In this document: positions 53,238 to 63,983 of the stretch, one piece after another
How positions within the stretch are numbered: position 1 is the first letter of the stretch
Layout of the letters: each line of letters begins with the position of its first letter
Assembly (NCBI GenBank): GCA_047495785.1
Contig: JBLDXI010000021.1
Location: 2,610,225-2,674,224 of the forward strand
Direction: 5' to 3'
Source: Lepidodermella squamata
Taxonomy: Eukaryota; Animalia; Gastrotricha
DNA length: 64,000 nucleotides
Translations under genes and position numbers: made by a program
The notes under the pieces: model-generated
Told to the model about the DNA's origin: nothing
The model's database searches: none
Seen by the model: only the letters and a program-made list of their open reading frames with translations

Positions 53238-55064
53238 CTAGCAGTCTTTCGTTCGGCAGAGTTGCTTGACAACGCTTGGACCGAGTCGGGTGACGAGACG
53301 AATGCGTCGCCGGCGTGCGATGTCGTACAGTGGCTGTAGTGGCCGAACGAACTTCGTTTCGACCGGTGGTCGCCAGTCTTGTTGGTAGCGAAAGTTGTCG
53401 ACACGATTGCGTAGGAACGGCCAGTCTTGACCTTCGCAACTTGTGATGACGTCGTGGGCGAGCGCAAAAACATCTGCGTCGACGTAGCCGTACTTGGACG
53501 CGGAACTGGCGAGGCTAAAAATGGCAGAACACAAGTCTTCTGTATTATTGCAAATTCTTAAAAAGTTTAAAATGCGCCCTGTGACTGCGGCCCGGAGAGT
53601 CGATTCTGGGTGATTGGAGTCAGCGTGTAAGAGAGGCAACGAGTTCATGGGCTTGAAGTAAACGCCGGTTCTGATGGAGCCATCGGGGTACTTGCTCAGG
53701 CGGACGTCGAGAACATTCGCACGCTCGGAGCTGATCTCGACTTCGAGCTTTATACGTGGATGTAGTGCGCCGTATTCGTTGCCTAGCGTGACTGCGGCCT
53801 CTTGAGTGGTGCAGATTGCGAAGACGTCGTCTCGATACCGTTTGAACAACATCACGTCGGTTTGGCGTTCGACCAGATCGCGCTCGAGCACATAGAGGAA
53901 CGCGTCCGCTACGACTGGGGCACTGTTGGAGCCCATCGGAATTCCGTGCACCTGACGATACTGAATGCCTGAAAAATAGAAAATGTTTGAATTAAGTGTT
54001 ATTTCGAGCATTGCGACGACGAGGTCGCGTTCGGGTGCGGTTCCGATTGCGTTCTCGTCCAACATGGTCTTGATCGCTGCGATTCCTTCTCCAATCGGTA
54101 CGTTGGTGTACAAGTCGCTCACGTCTGCGGTAAAGAACGTGACGTCGCACCCGCTTGAGTCGATTGCGCGAACAGCGTGTAGTAGGTCGATGGTAGACGA
54201 GGCACAGGTAGTCATGAACCGGTTAAGCGGTTTGCAGTAAGCTGCGGCGACCTTGTCTGCGGCGGCGAGCGCTGTGCCCAAACAGTCGACAATCGGCCGA
54301 ATTTTCGGTAGACCATCTACGTCAAATGCCTTGTGCATTTTTGGTAAAAAATAAATATGACGATCGCGGGTTGGCTCGAGATCGAGCCCGCGTAACAGCT
54401 TGCGTTGTGCGGCTGTACCGGTTGCCATAACGCGGTCGACGAGAGTCTTCATTGCTTCGAGGCCTCGCTTCTCTTCTGATTCTTCGGCGTGCACATAGTT
54501 CGCTGTAGTGAGATGTTTGAGCGCCATTTTCGAGTAGTTCGCCTTTGACATGTAGACCATCGCTGCACCTTTGTCAGATTTCTTGAATACGCCGTCTTTG
54601 CGGAGGGCGCGTAATCGTCGTAGCTGTGGGTCGTCGACGATGGGACCGAGCCGTACTGTGCGAGCTGGCTGTGCGTGGCGGATAACGACTTGTCCGTGGA
54701 TCCCGATAATCGGACCAACGAAGCGCTTTGAGAACGCTACAGAGGGAACCTTGACGTCGAGGCCGTGGTCGGGACGAGGGACGACGGTTGCGCCAAGGAG
54801 ATCTGAAATGACATTAACACAGGCAATTTTATCTTTTTTCGTGAAATTAATGATTTTAAGGCCACGCTCGAGTGCCTGTTTCTCGGCTGGCTGGAGAGTT
54901 CCCGTCAGGTCAACGACGGACGGTAGAGAACAGCGATGCAGCGTCCCGTACGCTCCGTTTTGGACTAGGGATGGGATGGCCCTGAGCCCGAGCGATCCCG
55001 CGAAACCGCGACGCGATGTCTGCGTGTCTGTCTCCTTTTTCGTGCTTCTCGCGGATGTGTGTGA
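53238..55064 (-). CDS. PLE reverse transcriptase, family B copy 1 (frame open from 55064; first ATG 54560)
   Basis: Same motifs as A (YRDD); 168 stop-free codons upstream of the ATG, most homologous to the A N-terminus (LVQNG..LHRCSLPSV.DLTG..EKQALERGLKIINFTKK). Confidence 0.93.
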   Translation of the reverse strand, partial: SHTSARSTKKETDTQTSRRGFAGSLGLRAIPSLVQNGAYGTLHRCSLPSVVDLTGTLQPAEKQALERGLKIINFTKKDKIACVNVISDLLGATVVPRPDHGLDVKVPSVAFSKRFVGPIIGIHGQVVIRHAQPARTVRLGPIVDDPQLRRLRALRKDGVFKKSDKGAAMVYMSKANYSKMALKHLTTANYVHAEESEEKRGLEAMKTLVDRVMATGTAAQRKLLRGLDLEPTRDRHIYFLPKMHKAFDVDGLPKIRPIVDCLGTALAAADKVAAAYCKPLNRFMTTCASSTIDLLHAVRAIDSSGCDVTFFTADVSDLYTNVPIGEGIAAIKTMLDENAIGTAPERDLVVAMLEITLNSNIFYFSGIQYRQVHGIPMGSNSAPVVADAFLYVLERDLVERQTDVMLFKRYRDDVFAICTTQEAAVTLGNEYGALHPRIKLEVEISSERANVLDVRLSKYPDGSIRTGVYFKPMNSLPLLHADSNHPESTLRAAVTGRILNFLRICNNTEDLCSAIFSLASSASKYGYVDADVFALAHDVITSCEGQDWPFLRNRVDNFRYQQDWRPPVETKFVRPLQPLYDIARRRRIRLVTRLGPSVVKQLCRTKDC

Positions 55065-57405
55065 TCAGACCATTGATTGAGCAGCTCTTGCCGACGTGGC
55101 CGCATCGTTTGCCGCTCGGTAGCTTGAAAGCGCACGACCACTTGCCGTTGTGAAACTCGACGAGTATCGACGGATCGCGTATCTTTTCTTTCTTCCACCA
55201 TTCGCGGGTGAACTCTGCTTTGCTCAAGTTCTTCTGTATGGCGTAGTCTTGCTTTGATAGCGTGGTCGTCGTATCACCCTGCTCTTGACGGACCGACTGA
55301 GCGTTCGAACCGTGCATCGGTGGGTTGTGCGCAGGCGGTCGCGATGCCGGTGCCAGGCGTTTGAGACACGTTCCGGGTTGCCCGTACATTTGTTGCGCCG
55401 AGATCGCTTTGACGACGGCGGGCTTCTTGGACGGCGCCGGAAGTTCTGTTGGTGACTTGTCTTTCGGGCTGGTGGCACGAGCTCGCTTGGTGGGCACCGA
55501 GGCGTTTGGCGCACCTGGTCGAGGAGCGTTCTGCGAGACCGCGTTGATCGCTTCACCGAAGAACGAGGCGACCGAGCTGACATCTGAAATAGAATTGCAA
55601 TTATTAAAACGAGATTCGACATTGGCTGCAGCTGCTGCTAGCGCGGTGTCGCTGGCACTGTCGATCGGTGAAGCGTCCTTGCTCGGAGTCTGAGGCAGAG
55701 GCGCGGACGTGGGCGTTAACTGGGCTGCTGTCGATTTGTCGGCAGTGACCGTTTGTGGAGTAGCCGGGCGGGCTACATTGATAGTCGTTGAGTGGTCGGC
55801 GGTCGCCGCTGAATCGCGGCTGCCACCGTTCTTGGTAACCAAGTTGCTAGCTTCAGAAGTTGACCGAGCGGTAGTCGACGCTGAACCGCGACTGTCAACG
55901 CTCTTTGAGACCAAGTTGCTAGCTTCAGAAGTTGACCGAGCGGTAGTCGACGCTGAACCGCGACTGTCATCGCTCTTTGAGACCGAGTTGCTAGCTTCAG
56001 AAGTTGACCGAGCGGTAGTCGACGCTGAACCGCGACTGTCATCGCTCTTTGAGACCAAGTTGCTAGCTTCAGAAGTTGACCGTGCGGGAATCGAGGCCAA
56101 ATCGCGACCGAGACCTCTCTTCGGTACCAGTGCGTTGATCTGAGCGGTTGAACGTGCGGAAATCCAGGTCGAATCGCGTTCTTCTGTGGTGAGCAAGCCC
56201 CAATCACCCGGGCTCGGATGGCCAGTCTGAGCGGTTGAACCGGGAGCCGCCTTGGGTGTCGGTGGTAACGCTTGACGAGCTGTTTCTGATTGACCTGTCG
56301 GCGTAACCGGATTGACGGCCGGGTCGCTTACGACCATCGGCGACGAAGACTGAATGGTGTCGTGCGCTTCAACTGTTATGTTGACAGGTGCTTCCCTTGG
56401 GGAGGCATGGACCTGAGAAAGAGAGTTAGGGTTAATTAGTAAGCTGCGGTCCGCCTGTATTTTGTTTTGCGCAAGGTGATAAGTAAAAGCCTGCCAGCCC
56501 TTCGTAACGTTGGTGAGCAAGTCAGGGCTGCGCATGGCGCGTTTCATTTCGTTGCAGGCGCATTGAAATTGTTCGTAGATCGCCGGCCAGTAGATGTTGC
56601 TCGACTTGCGCAGGACTCGTAGCACGCTGTTGCTGCTCGCGACAGTGTTGAAGACCCGCGACGTTTGGGCCGCTCTGTCCGACGGATGGCAGTAGTTTGC
56701 TGCTTGGCGTGCATCGGTGAACGCACTTTCGAGAGCTTGCTCGTGTCCTGTCATGGATTTATGACGTATCTCGGAAACAACATTGTAAAAAAGCAAATCA
56801 ACGATGCCCTGAGTGCTAGCTTCGAACCGATGCTCGCGCGGGAAGAACTTCTCGAGCACTGGCCGGAGTGCCTTCTCGTGAGCGGTGGTGGGTCTCTCGT
56901 TTTGAGGTTTGGCGTAGTCTTCACTGAAGTTGGCTGTGGCGAGCTTGGCTAAAATGAAGAAATGATGAATAAAATTGTTGAGTTTCTCGCGGAAGCGATC
57001 GAGGAGATCTTGTCGATGTTCCCTCGCTCGACGTTGCCCTTCTGCTGCTGCCTTAGAAGGTAGCTGCCCGTTGTCCGTTGAGTCTTGCGGTCGCTTCGTA
57101 CCATCCGCGTGCCGACGGTCTGACTGAGCGTTCGAACCAGACCCGTGCGAGCGACTGGAGCGGCCGTGCGTAGCACCCTCGTGCGAACGGTAAGATCGAG
57201 TGTTCGAACTGGACGCTGCTGCGGAGACTGTCTGTTTCGAGCGGCTTTGATGACGATCGCGCCGTTCTTGTTGATAGGGCGGATTGTGACGACTCGAGTT
57301 GTAATAGACGTAGCGGAAGCGGCCAAAGATGGCCCGTCCCGGGCGGTCGTTGTTAATTTCTGTAAACCCGTTGTTATTAGAAACAAAACGGTTACGGTTA
57401 GACAT
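54910..57405 (-). CDS. Family B ORF1, complete (831 aa)
   Basis: Conserved N-domain, low-complexity linker with ~4 x 24-aa (72-nt) repeats, C-terminal CX9CX14HX4H finger. Confidence 0.9.
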   Translation of the reverse strand: MSNRNRFVSNNNGFTEINNDRPGRAIFGRFRYVYYNSSRHNPPYQQERRDRHQSRSKQTVSAAASSSNTRSYRSHEGATHGRSSRSHGSGSNAQSDRRHADGTKRPQDSTDNGQLPSKAAAEGQRRAREHRQDLLDRFREKLNNFIHHFFILAKLATANFSEDYAKPQNERPTTAHEKALRPVLEKFFPREHRFEASTQGIVDLLFYNVVSEIRHKSMTGHEQALESAFTDARQAANYCHPSDRAAQTSRVFNTVASSNSVLRVLRKSSNIYWPAIYEQFQCACNEMKRAMRSPDLLTNVTKGWQAFTYHLAQNKIQADRSLLINPNSLSQVHASPREAPVNITVEAHDTIQSSSPMVVSDPAVNPVTPTGQSETARQALPPTPKAAPGSTAQTGHPSPGDWGLLTTEERDSTWISARSTAQINALVPKRGLGRDLASIPARSTSEASNLVSKSDDSRGSASTTARSTSEASNSVSKSDDSRGSASTTARSTSEASNLVSKSVDSRGSASTTARSTSEASNLVTKNGGSRDSAATADHSTTINVARPATPQTVTADKSTAAQLTPTSAPLPQTPSKDASPIDSASDTALAAAAANVESRFNNCNSISDVSSVASFFGEAINAVSQNAPRPGAPNASVPTKRARATSPKDKSPTELPAPSKKPAVVKAISAQQMYGQPGTCLKRLAPASRPPAHNPPMHGSNAQSVRQEQGDTTTTLSKQDYAIQKNLSKAEFTREWWKKEKIRDPSILVEFHNGKWSCAFKLPSGKRCGHVGKSCSINGLITHIREKHEKGDRHADIASRFRGIARAQGHPIPSPKRSVRDAASLFSTVRR

Positions 57406-57414
57406 AATGAGATT

Positions 57415-57453
57415 TATTGGTAGACCGGTTTCACTATTTCTTCAGTACCAATA
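57415..57453 (-). ncRNA. Minimal type I hammerhead ribozyme (family B, copy 2)
   Basis: Same sequence as 52470-52508. Confidence 0.9.
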
Positions 57454-58182
57454 TCATACTTCTGATAGAATTATAACGAGTGACATTATTGTGACAGCGC
57501 TATGATAACACCGTACCAGGTGCGTGTGCCTCGGACTATGTTAGGCGCAGCGGATTAGGATTACAAGGTGTTGTTTCGCGCACACGTGTTACTAAGTTCA
57601 AGTTAACTACGGCAGGTGTGCGTCTAGGTGTGCGCACTATATCGGATTAGCGCACAGATGTTGTGGCCACTACTTGTTGATCGGTGATTCTAGCCAAATG
57701 GGTAACAAGGTGTGCTACTAGGCTGGCGAGGCCTTGATGACGAGCTAACGTGACATCTGTGCTGTTGAGAGACGACAATTACAATGATGAAGATGACCAA
57801 TAGAAGATTGACAGCTGACGCAAGGCGTTATTGCCGGCGACATCAAGGTATTGAAAGCAATAAAAGTCATAAAACAGGATATGCCGATTCTAAGGTCGTT
57901 ATCGACTTTGGATCTCGCTGCGGGTTACTGGTTGATACCAGGATGGCTTGGCCGCCGTGGTCGTGCGCGACTATGACTCGCTGACGTCCAGAACATTAGA
58001 CCTCGCTGCGGGTTACTGGCCGATACCGCGTTGAACAGGCTATAAAACATGAATGGAGAAACATATAATACTGCGTAATGGTGGTAATTAATCTAATGAA
58101 TTAATTAAGAATAATTAATAAACGGTCGGTAGCTTTGTTGCTACTCTTGACATCGTCGCTGGCTACTGGTCGATTGGTTCGG

Positions 58183-60009
58183 CTAGCAGTCTTTCGTTCG
58201 GCAGAGTTGCTTGACAACGCTTGGACCGAGTCGGGTGACGAGACGAATGCGTCGCCGGCGTGCGATGTCGTACAGTGGCTGTAGTGGCCGAACGAACTTC
58301 GTTTCGACCGGTGGTCGCCAGTCTTGTTGGTAGCGAAAGTTGTCGACACGATTGCGTAGGAACGGCCAGTCTTGACCTTCGCAACTTGTGATGACGTCGT
58401 GGGCGAGCGCAAAAACATCTGCGTCGACGTAGCCGTACTTGGACGCGGAACTGGCGAGGCTAAAAATGGCAGAACACAAGTCTTCTGTATTATTGCAAAT
58501 TCTTAAAAAGTTTAAAATGCGCCCTGTGACTGCGGCCCGGAGAGTCGATTCTGGGTGATTGGAGTCAGCGTGTAAGAGAGGCAACGAGTTCATGGGCTTG
58601 AAGTAAACGCCGGTTCTGATGGAGCCATCGGGGTACTTGCTCAGGCGGACGTCGAGAACATTCGCACGCTCGGAGCTGATCTCGACTTCGAGCTTTATAC
58701 GTGGATGTAGTGCGCCGTATTCGTTGCCTAGCGTGACTGCGGCCTCTTGAGTGGTGCAGATTGCGAAGACGTCGTCTCGATACCGTTTGAACAACATCAC
58801 GTCGGTTTGGCGTTCGACCAGATCGCGCTCGAGCACATAGAGGAACGCGTCCGCTACGACTGGGGCACTGTTGGAGCCCATCGGAATTCCGTGCACCTGA
58901 CGATACTGAATGCCTGAAAAATAGAAAATGTTTGAATTAAGTGTTATTTCGAGCATTGCGACGACGAGGTCGCGTTCGGGTGCGGTTCCGATTGCGTTCT
59001 CGTCCAACATGGTCTTGATCGCTGCGATTCCTTCTCCAATCGGTACGTTGGTGTACAAGTCGCTCACGTCTGCGGTAAAGAACGTGACGTCGCACCCGCT
59101 TGAGTCGATTGCGCGAACAGCGTGTAGTAGGTCGATGGTAGACGAGGCACAGGTAGTCATGAACCGGTTAAGCGGTTTGCAGTAAGCTGCGGCGACCTTG
59201 TCTGCGGCGGCGAGCGCTGTGCCCAAACAGTCGACAATCGGCCGAATTTTCGGTAGACCATCTACGTCAAATGCCTTGTGCATTTTTGGTAAAAAATAAA
59301 TATGACGATCGCGGGTTGGCTCGAGATCGAGCCCGCGTAACAGCTTGCGTTGTGCGGCTGTACCGGTTGCCATAACGCGGTCGACGAGAGTCTTCATTGC
59401 TTCGAGGCCTCGCTTCTCTTCTGATTCTTCGGCGTGCACATAGTTCGCTGTAGTGAGATGTTTGAGCGCCATTTTCGAGTAGTTCGCCTTTGACATGTAG
59501 ACCATCGCTGCACCTTTGTCAGATTTCTTGAATACGCCGTCTTTGCGGAGGGCGCGTAATCGTCGTAGCTGTGGGTCGTCGACGATGGGACCGAGCCGTA
59601 CTGTGCGAGCTGGCTGTGCGTGGCGGATAACGACTTGTCCGTGGATCCCGATAATCGGACCAACGAAGCGCTTTGAGAACGCTACAGAGGGAACCTTGAC
59701 GTCGAGGCCGTGGTCGGGACGAGGGACGACGGTTGCGCCAAGGAGATCTGAAATGACATTAACACAGGCAATTTTATCTTTTTTCGTGAAATTAATGATT
59801 TTAAGGCCACGCTCGAGTGCCTGTTTCTCGGCTGGCTGGAGAGTTCCCGTCAGGTCAACGACGGACGGTAGAGAACAGCGATGCAGCGTCCCGTACGCTC
59901 CGTTTTGGACTAGGGATGGGATGGCCCTGAGCCCGAGCGATCCCGCGAAACCGCGACGCGATGTCTGCGTGTCTGTCTCCTTTTTCGTGCTTCTCGCGGA
60001 TGTGTGTGA
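58183..60009 (-). CDS. PLE reverse transcriptase, family B copy 2
   Basis: Protein from the first ATG is identical to copy 1 in the ORF track. Confidence 0.93.
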   Translation of the reverse strand, partial: SHTSARSTKKETDTQTSRRGFAGSLGLRAIPSLVQNGAYGTLHRCSLPSVVDLTGTLQPAEKQALERGLKIINFTKKDKIACVNVISDLLGATVVPRPDHGLDVKVPSVAFSKRFVGPIIGIHGQVVIRHAQPARTVRLGPIVDDPQLRRLRALRKDGVFKKSDKGAAMVYMSKANYSKMALKHLTTANYVHAEESEEKRGLEAMKTLVDRVMATGTAAQRKLLRGLDLEPTRDRHIYFLPKMHKAFDVDGLPKIRPIVDCLGTALAAADKVAAAYCKPLNRFMTTCASSTIDLLHAVRAIDSSGCDVTFFTADVSDLYTNVPIGEGIAAIKTMLDENAIGTAPERDLVVAMLEITLNSNIFYFSGIQYRQVHGIPMGSNSAPVVADAFLYVLERDLVERQTDVMLFKRYRDDVFAICTTQEAAVTLGNEYGALHPRIKLEVEISSERANVLDVRLSKYPDGSIRTGVYFKPMNSLPLLHADSNHPESTLRAAVTGRILNFLRICNNTEDLCSAIFSLASSASKYGYVDADVFALAHDVITSCEGQDWPFLRNRVDNFRYQQDWRPPVETKFVRPLQPLYDIARRRRIRLVTRLGPSVVKQLCRTKDC

Positions 60010-60179
60010 TCAGACCATTGATTGAGCAGCTCTTGCCGACGTGGCCGCATCGTTTGCCGCTCGGTAGCTTGAAAGCGCACGACCACTTGCCGTTGTGAAA
60101 CTCGACGAGTATCGACGGATCGCGTATCTTTTCTTTCTTCCACCATTCGCGGGTGAACTCTGCTTTGCTCAAGTTCTTC

Positions 60180-61061
60180 CATGGGTGGTGCTTTTCCTTG
60201 TTGCTCCCCTCAATGGGTGGCTTGTACTCATTGTGCTCCCCTATACGGGTGGCATTTCATGTTTGCTCCCCTGCACGGGTGGCTTGAATCCATCGATGCT
60301 CCCCTTTATGGGTGGCTTGAATTTGAATCCATTGGTGCTCCCCTTTACGGGTGGCTTGAAACCTTTGGTGCCTTCCTTCGCGGGTGAATTGCCATCCCGC
60401 TATACTCCTCGAGTAATGGAACTAGACGTGGTTCCTAGCATGCCAAAAACCTTAACTTTCATGTTTTGGTTCAAGTAAGGTTTCCTTCTCTAAGGAGCCT
60501 TAAGTTATGGTTCTACATACATTGTTGACCTCAACTTTATAGTTGTAGTTCAATTAAGGTTGCCTTCTCTAAGGAACCTTAAGACATGGTTCTACTTACA
60601 TTGTTGACCTCAACTTTATAGTTGTGGTTCAATTAAGGTCTCACTCTCTATGGAACCTTAAGTTGTGTTCTACACACTTTGTTAACCTTAACCTTATGGT
60701 TTTGGTTCAATTAAGGTCTCCGTCTGGATGGAACCTTAAGTTGTAGTTCTACACACATTGTTGACCTCAACTTTAGTTTTGGTTCAACTAAAGTGTGGTT
60801 CTACACAAATTGTTAACCTCAATCTTATGGTTCGGGTTCAATTAAGGCTTTTGTCTGGATGGAACTTTAAGTTATGGTTCCACGCACGACTTACGTTCAA
60901 CCTTTATTTCAATTGATCATTGAAATCGGTTTAGCCCATCACCTTACTCTGCTGCTAATCCACAGATTAAAAAGTGGTTTACTCTCCTCTCACCGTTGCT
61001 AGAGTGAAAGGGATCGCTAGAGCTTTTATGCCGGGGTTGCTTAGGCTTCCCGTCTGGTAAT
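60180..61061. repeat. Non-coding segment D with ~30-bp repeats (60181-60390) and ~78-bp repeats (~60445-60905)
   Basis: tgctccc....gggtgg x~6; ccttaag..ttctac...ttgttgacctcaac at ~60499, 60577, 60656, 60734. Confidence 0.75.
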
Positions 61062-61130
61062 TAACCTAACCCAACCCTAACCCTAACCCTAACCCTAACC
61101 CTAACCCTAACCCTAACCCTAACCCTAACC

Positions 61131-61171
<41 letters not shown>

Positions 61172-61269
61172 CCCTAACCCTAACCCTAACCCTAACCCTA
61201 ACCCTAACCCTAACCCTAACCCTAACCCTAACCCTAACCCTAACCCTAACCCTAACCCTAACCCTAACC

Positions 61270-61310
<41 letters not shown>

Positions 61311-61349
61311 CCCCAACCCTAACCCTAACCCTAACCCTAACCCTAACCC
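61062..61349 (-). repeat. Inverted telomeric tract (CCCTAA)~48 with a few variants
   Basis: Direct reading; opposite polarity to all upstream tracts. Confidence 0.98.
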
Positions 61350-63983
61350 GGTCGTAAGCGACCCGGCCGTCAATCCGGTTACGCCGACAGGTCAATCAGA
61401 AACAGCTCGTCAAGCGTTACCACCGACACCCAAGGCGGCTCCCGGTTCAACCGCTCAGACTGGCCATCCGAGCCCGGGTGATTGGGGCTTGCTCACCACA
61501 GAAGAACGCGATTCGACCTGGATTTCCGCACGTTCAACCGCTCAGATCAACGCACTGGTACCGAAGAGAGGTCTCGGTCGCGATTTGGCCTCGATTCCCG
61601 CACGGTCAACTTCTGAAGCTAGCAACTTGGTCTCAAAGAGCGATGACAGTCGCGGTTCAGCGTCGACTACCGCTCGGTCAACTTCTGAAGCTAGCAACTC
61701 GGTCTCAAAGAGCGATGACAGTCGCGGTTCAGCGTCGACTACCGCTCGGTCAACTTCTGAAGCTAGCAACTTGGTCTCAAAGAGCGTTGACAGTCGCGGT
61801 TCAGCGTCGACTACCGCTCGGTCAACTTCTGAAGCTAGCAACTTGGTTACCAAGAACGGTGGCAGCCGCGATTCAGCGGCGACCGCCGACCACTCAACGA
61901 CTATCAATGTAGCCCGCCCGGCTACTCCACAAACGGTCACTGCCGACAAATCGACAGCAGCCCAGTTAACGCCCACGTCCGCGCCTCTGCCTCAGACTCC
62001 GAGCAAGGACGCTTCACCGATCGACAGTGCCAGCGACACCGCGCTAGCAGCAGCTGCAGCCAATGTCGAATCTCGTTTTAATAATTGCAATTCTATTTCA
62101 GATGTCAGCTCGGTCGCCTCGTTCTTCGGTGAAGCGATCAACGCGGTCTCGCAGAACGCTCCTCGACCAGGTGCGCCAAACGCCTCGGTGCCCACCAAGC
62201 GAGCTCGTGCCACCAGCCCGAAAGACAAGTCACCAACAGAACTTCCGGCGCCGTCCAAGAAGCCCGCCGTCGTCAAAGCGATCTCGGCGCAACAAATGTA
62301 CGGGCAACCCGGAACGTGTCTCAAACGCCTGGCACCGGCATCGCGACCGCCTGCGCACAACCCACCGATGCACGGTTCGAACGCTCAGTCGGTCCGTCAA
62401 GAGCAGGGTGATACGACGACCACGCTATCAAAGCAAGACTACGCCATACAGAAGAACTTGAGCAAAGCAGAGTTCACCCGCGAATGGTGGAAGAAAGAAA
62501 AGATACGCGATCCGTCGATACTCGTCGAGTTTCACAACGGCAAGTGGTCGTGCGCTTTCAAGCTACCGAGCGGCAAACGATGCGGCCACGTCGGCAAGAG
62601 CTGCTCAATCAATGGTCTGATCACACACATCCGCGAGAAGCACGAAAAAGGAGACAGACACGCAGACATCGCGTCGCGGTTTCGCGGGATCGCTCGGGCT
62701 CAGGGCCATCCCATCCCTAGTCCAAAACGGAGCGTACGGGACGCTGCATCGCTGTTCTCTACCGTCCGTCGTTGACCTGACGGGAACTCTCCAGCCAGCC
62801 GAGAAACAGGCACTCGAGCGTGGCCTTAAAATCATTAATTTCACGAAAAAAGATAAAATTGCCTGTGTTAATGTCATTTCAGATCTCCTTGGCGCAACCG
62901 TCGTCCCTCGTCCCGACCACGGCCTCGACGTCAAGGTTCCCTCTGTAGCGTTCTCAAAGCGCTTCGTTGGTCCGATTATCGGGATCCACGGACAAGTCGT
63001 TATCCGCCACGCACAGCCAGCTCGCACAGTACGGCTCGGTCCCATCGTCGACGACCCACAGCTACGACGATTACGCGCCCTCCGCAAAGACGGCGTATTC
63101 AAGAAATCTGACAAAGGTGCAGCGATGGTCTACATGTCAAAGGCGAACTACTCGAAAATGGCGCTCAAACATCTCACTACAGCGAACTATGTGCACGCCG
63201 AAGAATCAGAAGAGAAGCGAGGCCTCGAAGCAATGAAGACTCTCGTCGACCGCGTTATGGCAACCGGTACAGCCGCACAACGCAAGCTGTTACGCGGGCT
63301 CGATCTCGAGCCAACCCGCGATCGTCATATTTATTTTTTACCAAAAATGCACAAGGCATTTGACGTAGATGGTCTACCGAAAATTCGGCCGATTGTCGAC
63401 TGTTTGGGCACAGCGCTCGCCGCCGCAGACAAGGTCGCCGCAGCTTACTGCAAACCGCTTAACCGGTTCATGACTACCTGTGCCTCGTCTACCATCGACC
63501 TACTACACGCTGTTCGCGCAATCGACTCAAGCGGGTGCGACGTCACGTTCTTTACCGCAGACGTGAGCGACTTGTACACCAACGTACCGATTGGAGAAGG
63601 AATCGCAGCGATCAAGACCATGTTGGACGAGAACGCAATCGGAACCGCACCCGAACGCGACCTCGTCGTCGCAATGCTCGAAATAACACTTAATTCAAAC
63701 ATTTTCTATTTTTCAGGCATTCAGTATCGTCAGGTGCACGGAATTCCGATGGGCTCCAACAGTGCCCCAGTCGTAGCGGACGCGTTCCTCTATGTGCTCG
63801 AGCGCGATCTGGTCGAACGCCAAACCGACGTGATGTTGTTCAAACGGTATCGAGACGACGTCTTCGCAATCTGCACCACTCAAGAGGCCGCAGTCACGCT
63901 AGGCAACGAATACGGCGCACTACATCCACGTATAAAGCTCGAAGTCGAGATCAGCTCCGAGCGTGCGAATGTTCTCGACGTCC
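61350..63983 (+). mobile_element. Family B copy in inverted orientation, 5'-truncated and telomere-capped; ORF1 C-part (to 62775) and RT frame 62621-63983 broken at 63983
   Basis: Reverse complement of 53702-56335; last 17 nt of the window do not match B. Confidence 0.92.

Larger units (their letters stand above)
51490..60179 (-). mobile_element. Endonuclease-less Penelope-like retroelement family B, head-to-tail 1.76-mer (unit 4945 nt)
   Basis: 51490-55234 repeated at 56435-60179; one complete ORF1, two RT ORFs, two hammerheads. Confidence 0.95.

Noticed and set aside
54571-55693. Antisense/alternate-frame ORFs within B (and copies)
   Set aside because: Shadow ORFs of GC-rich coding sequence with no independent support.
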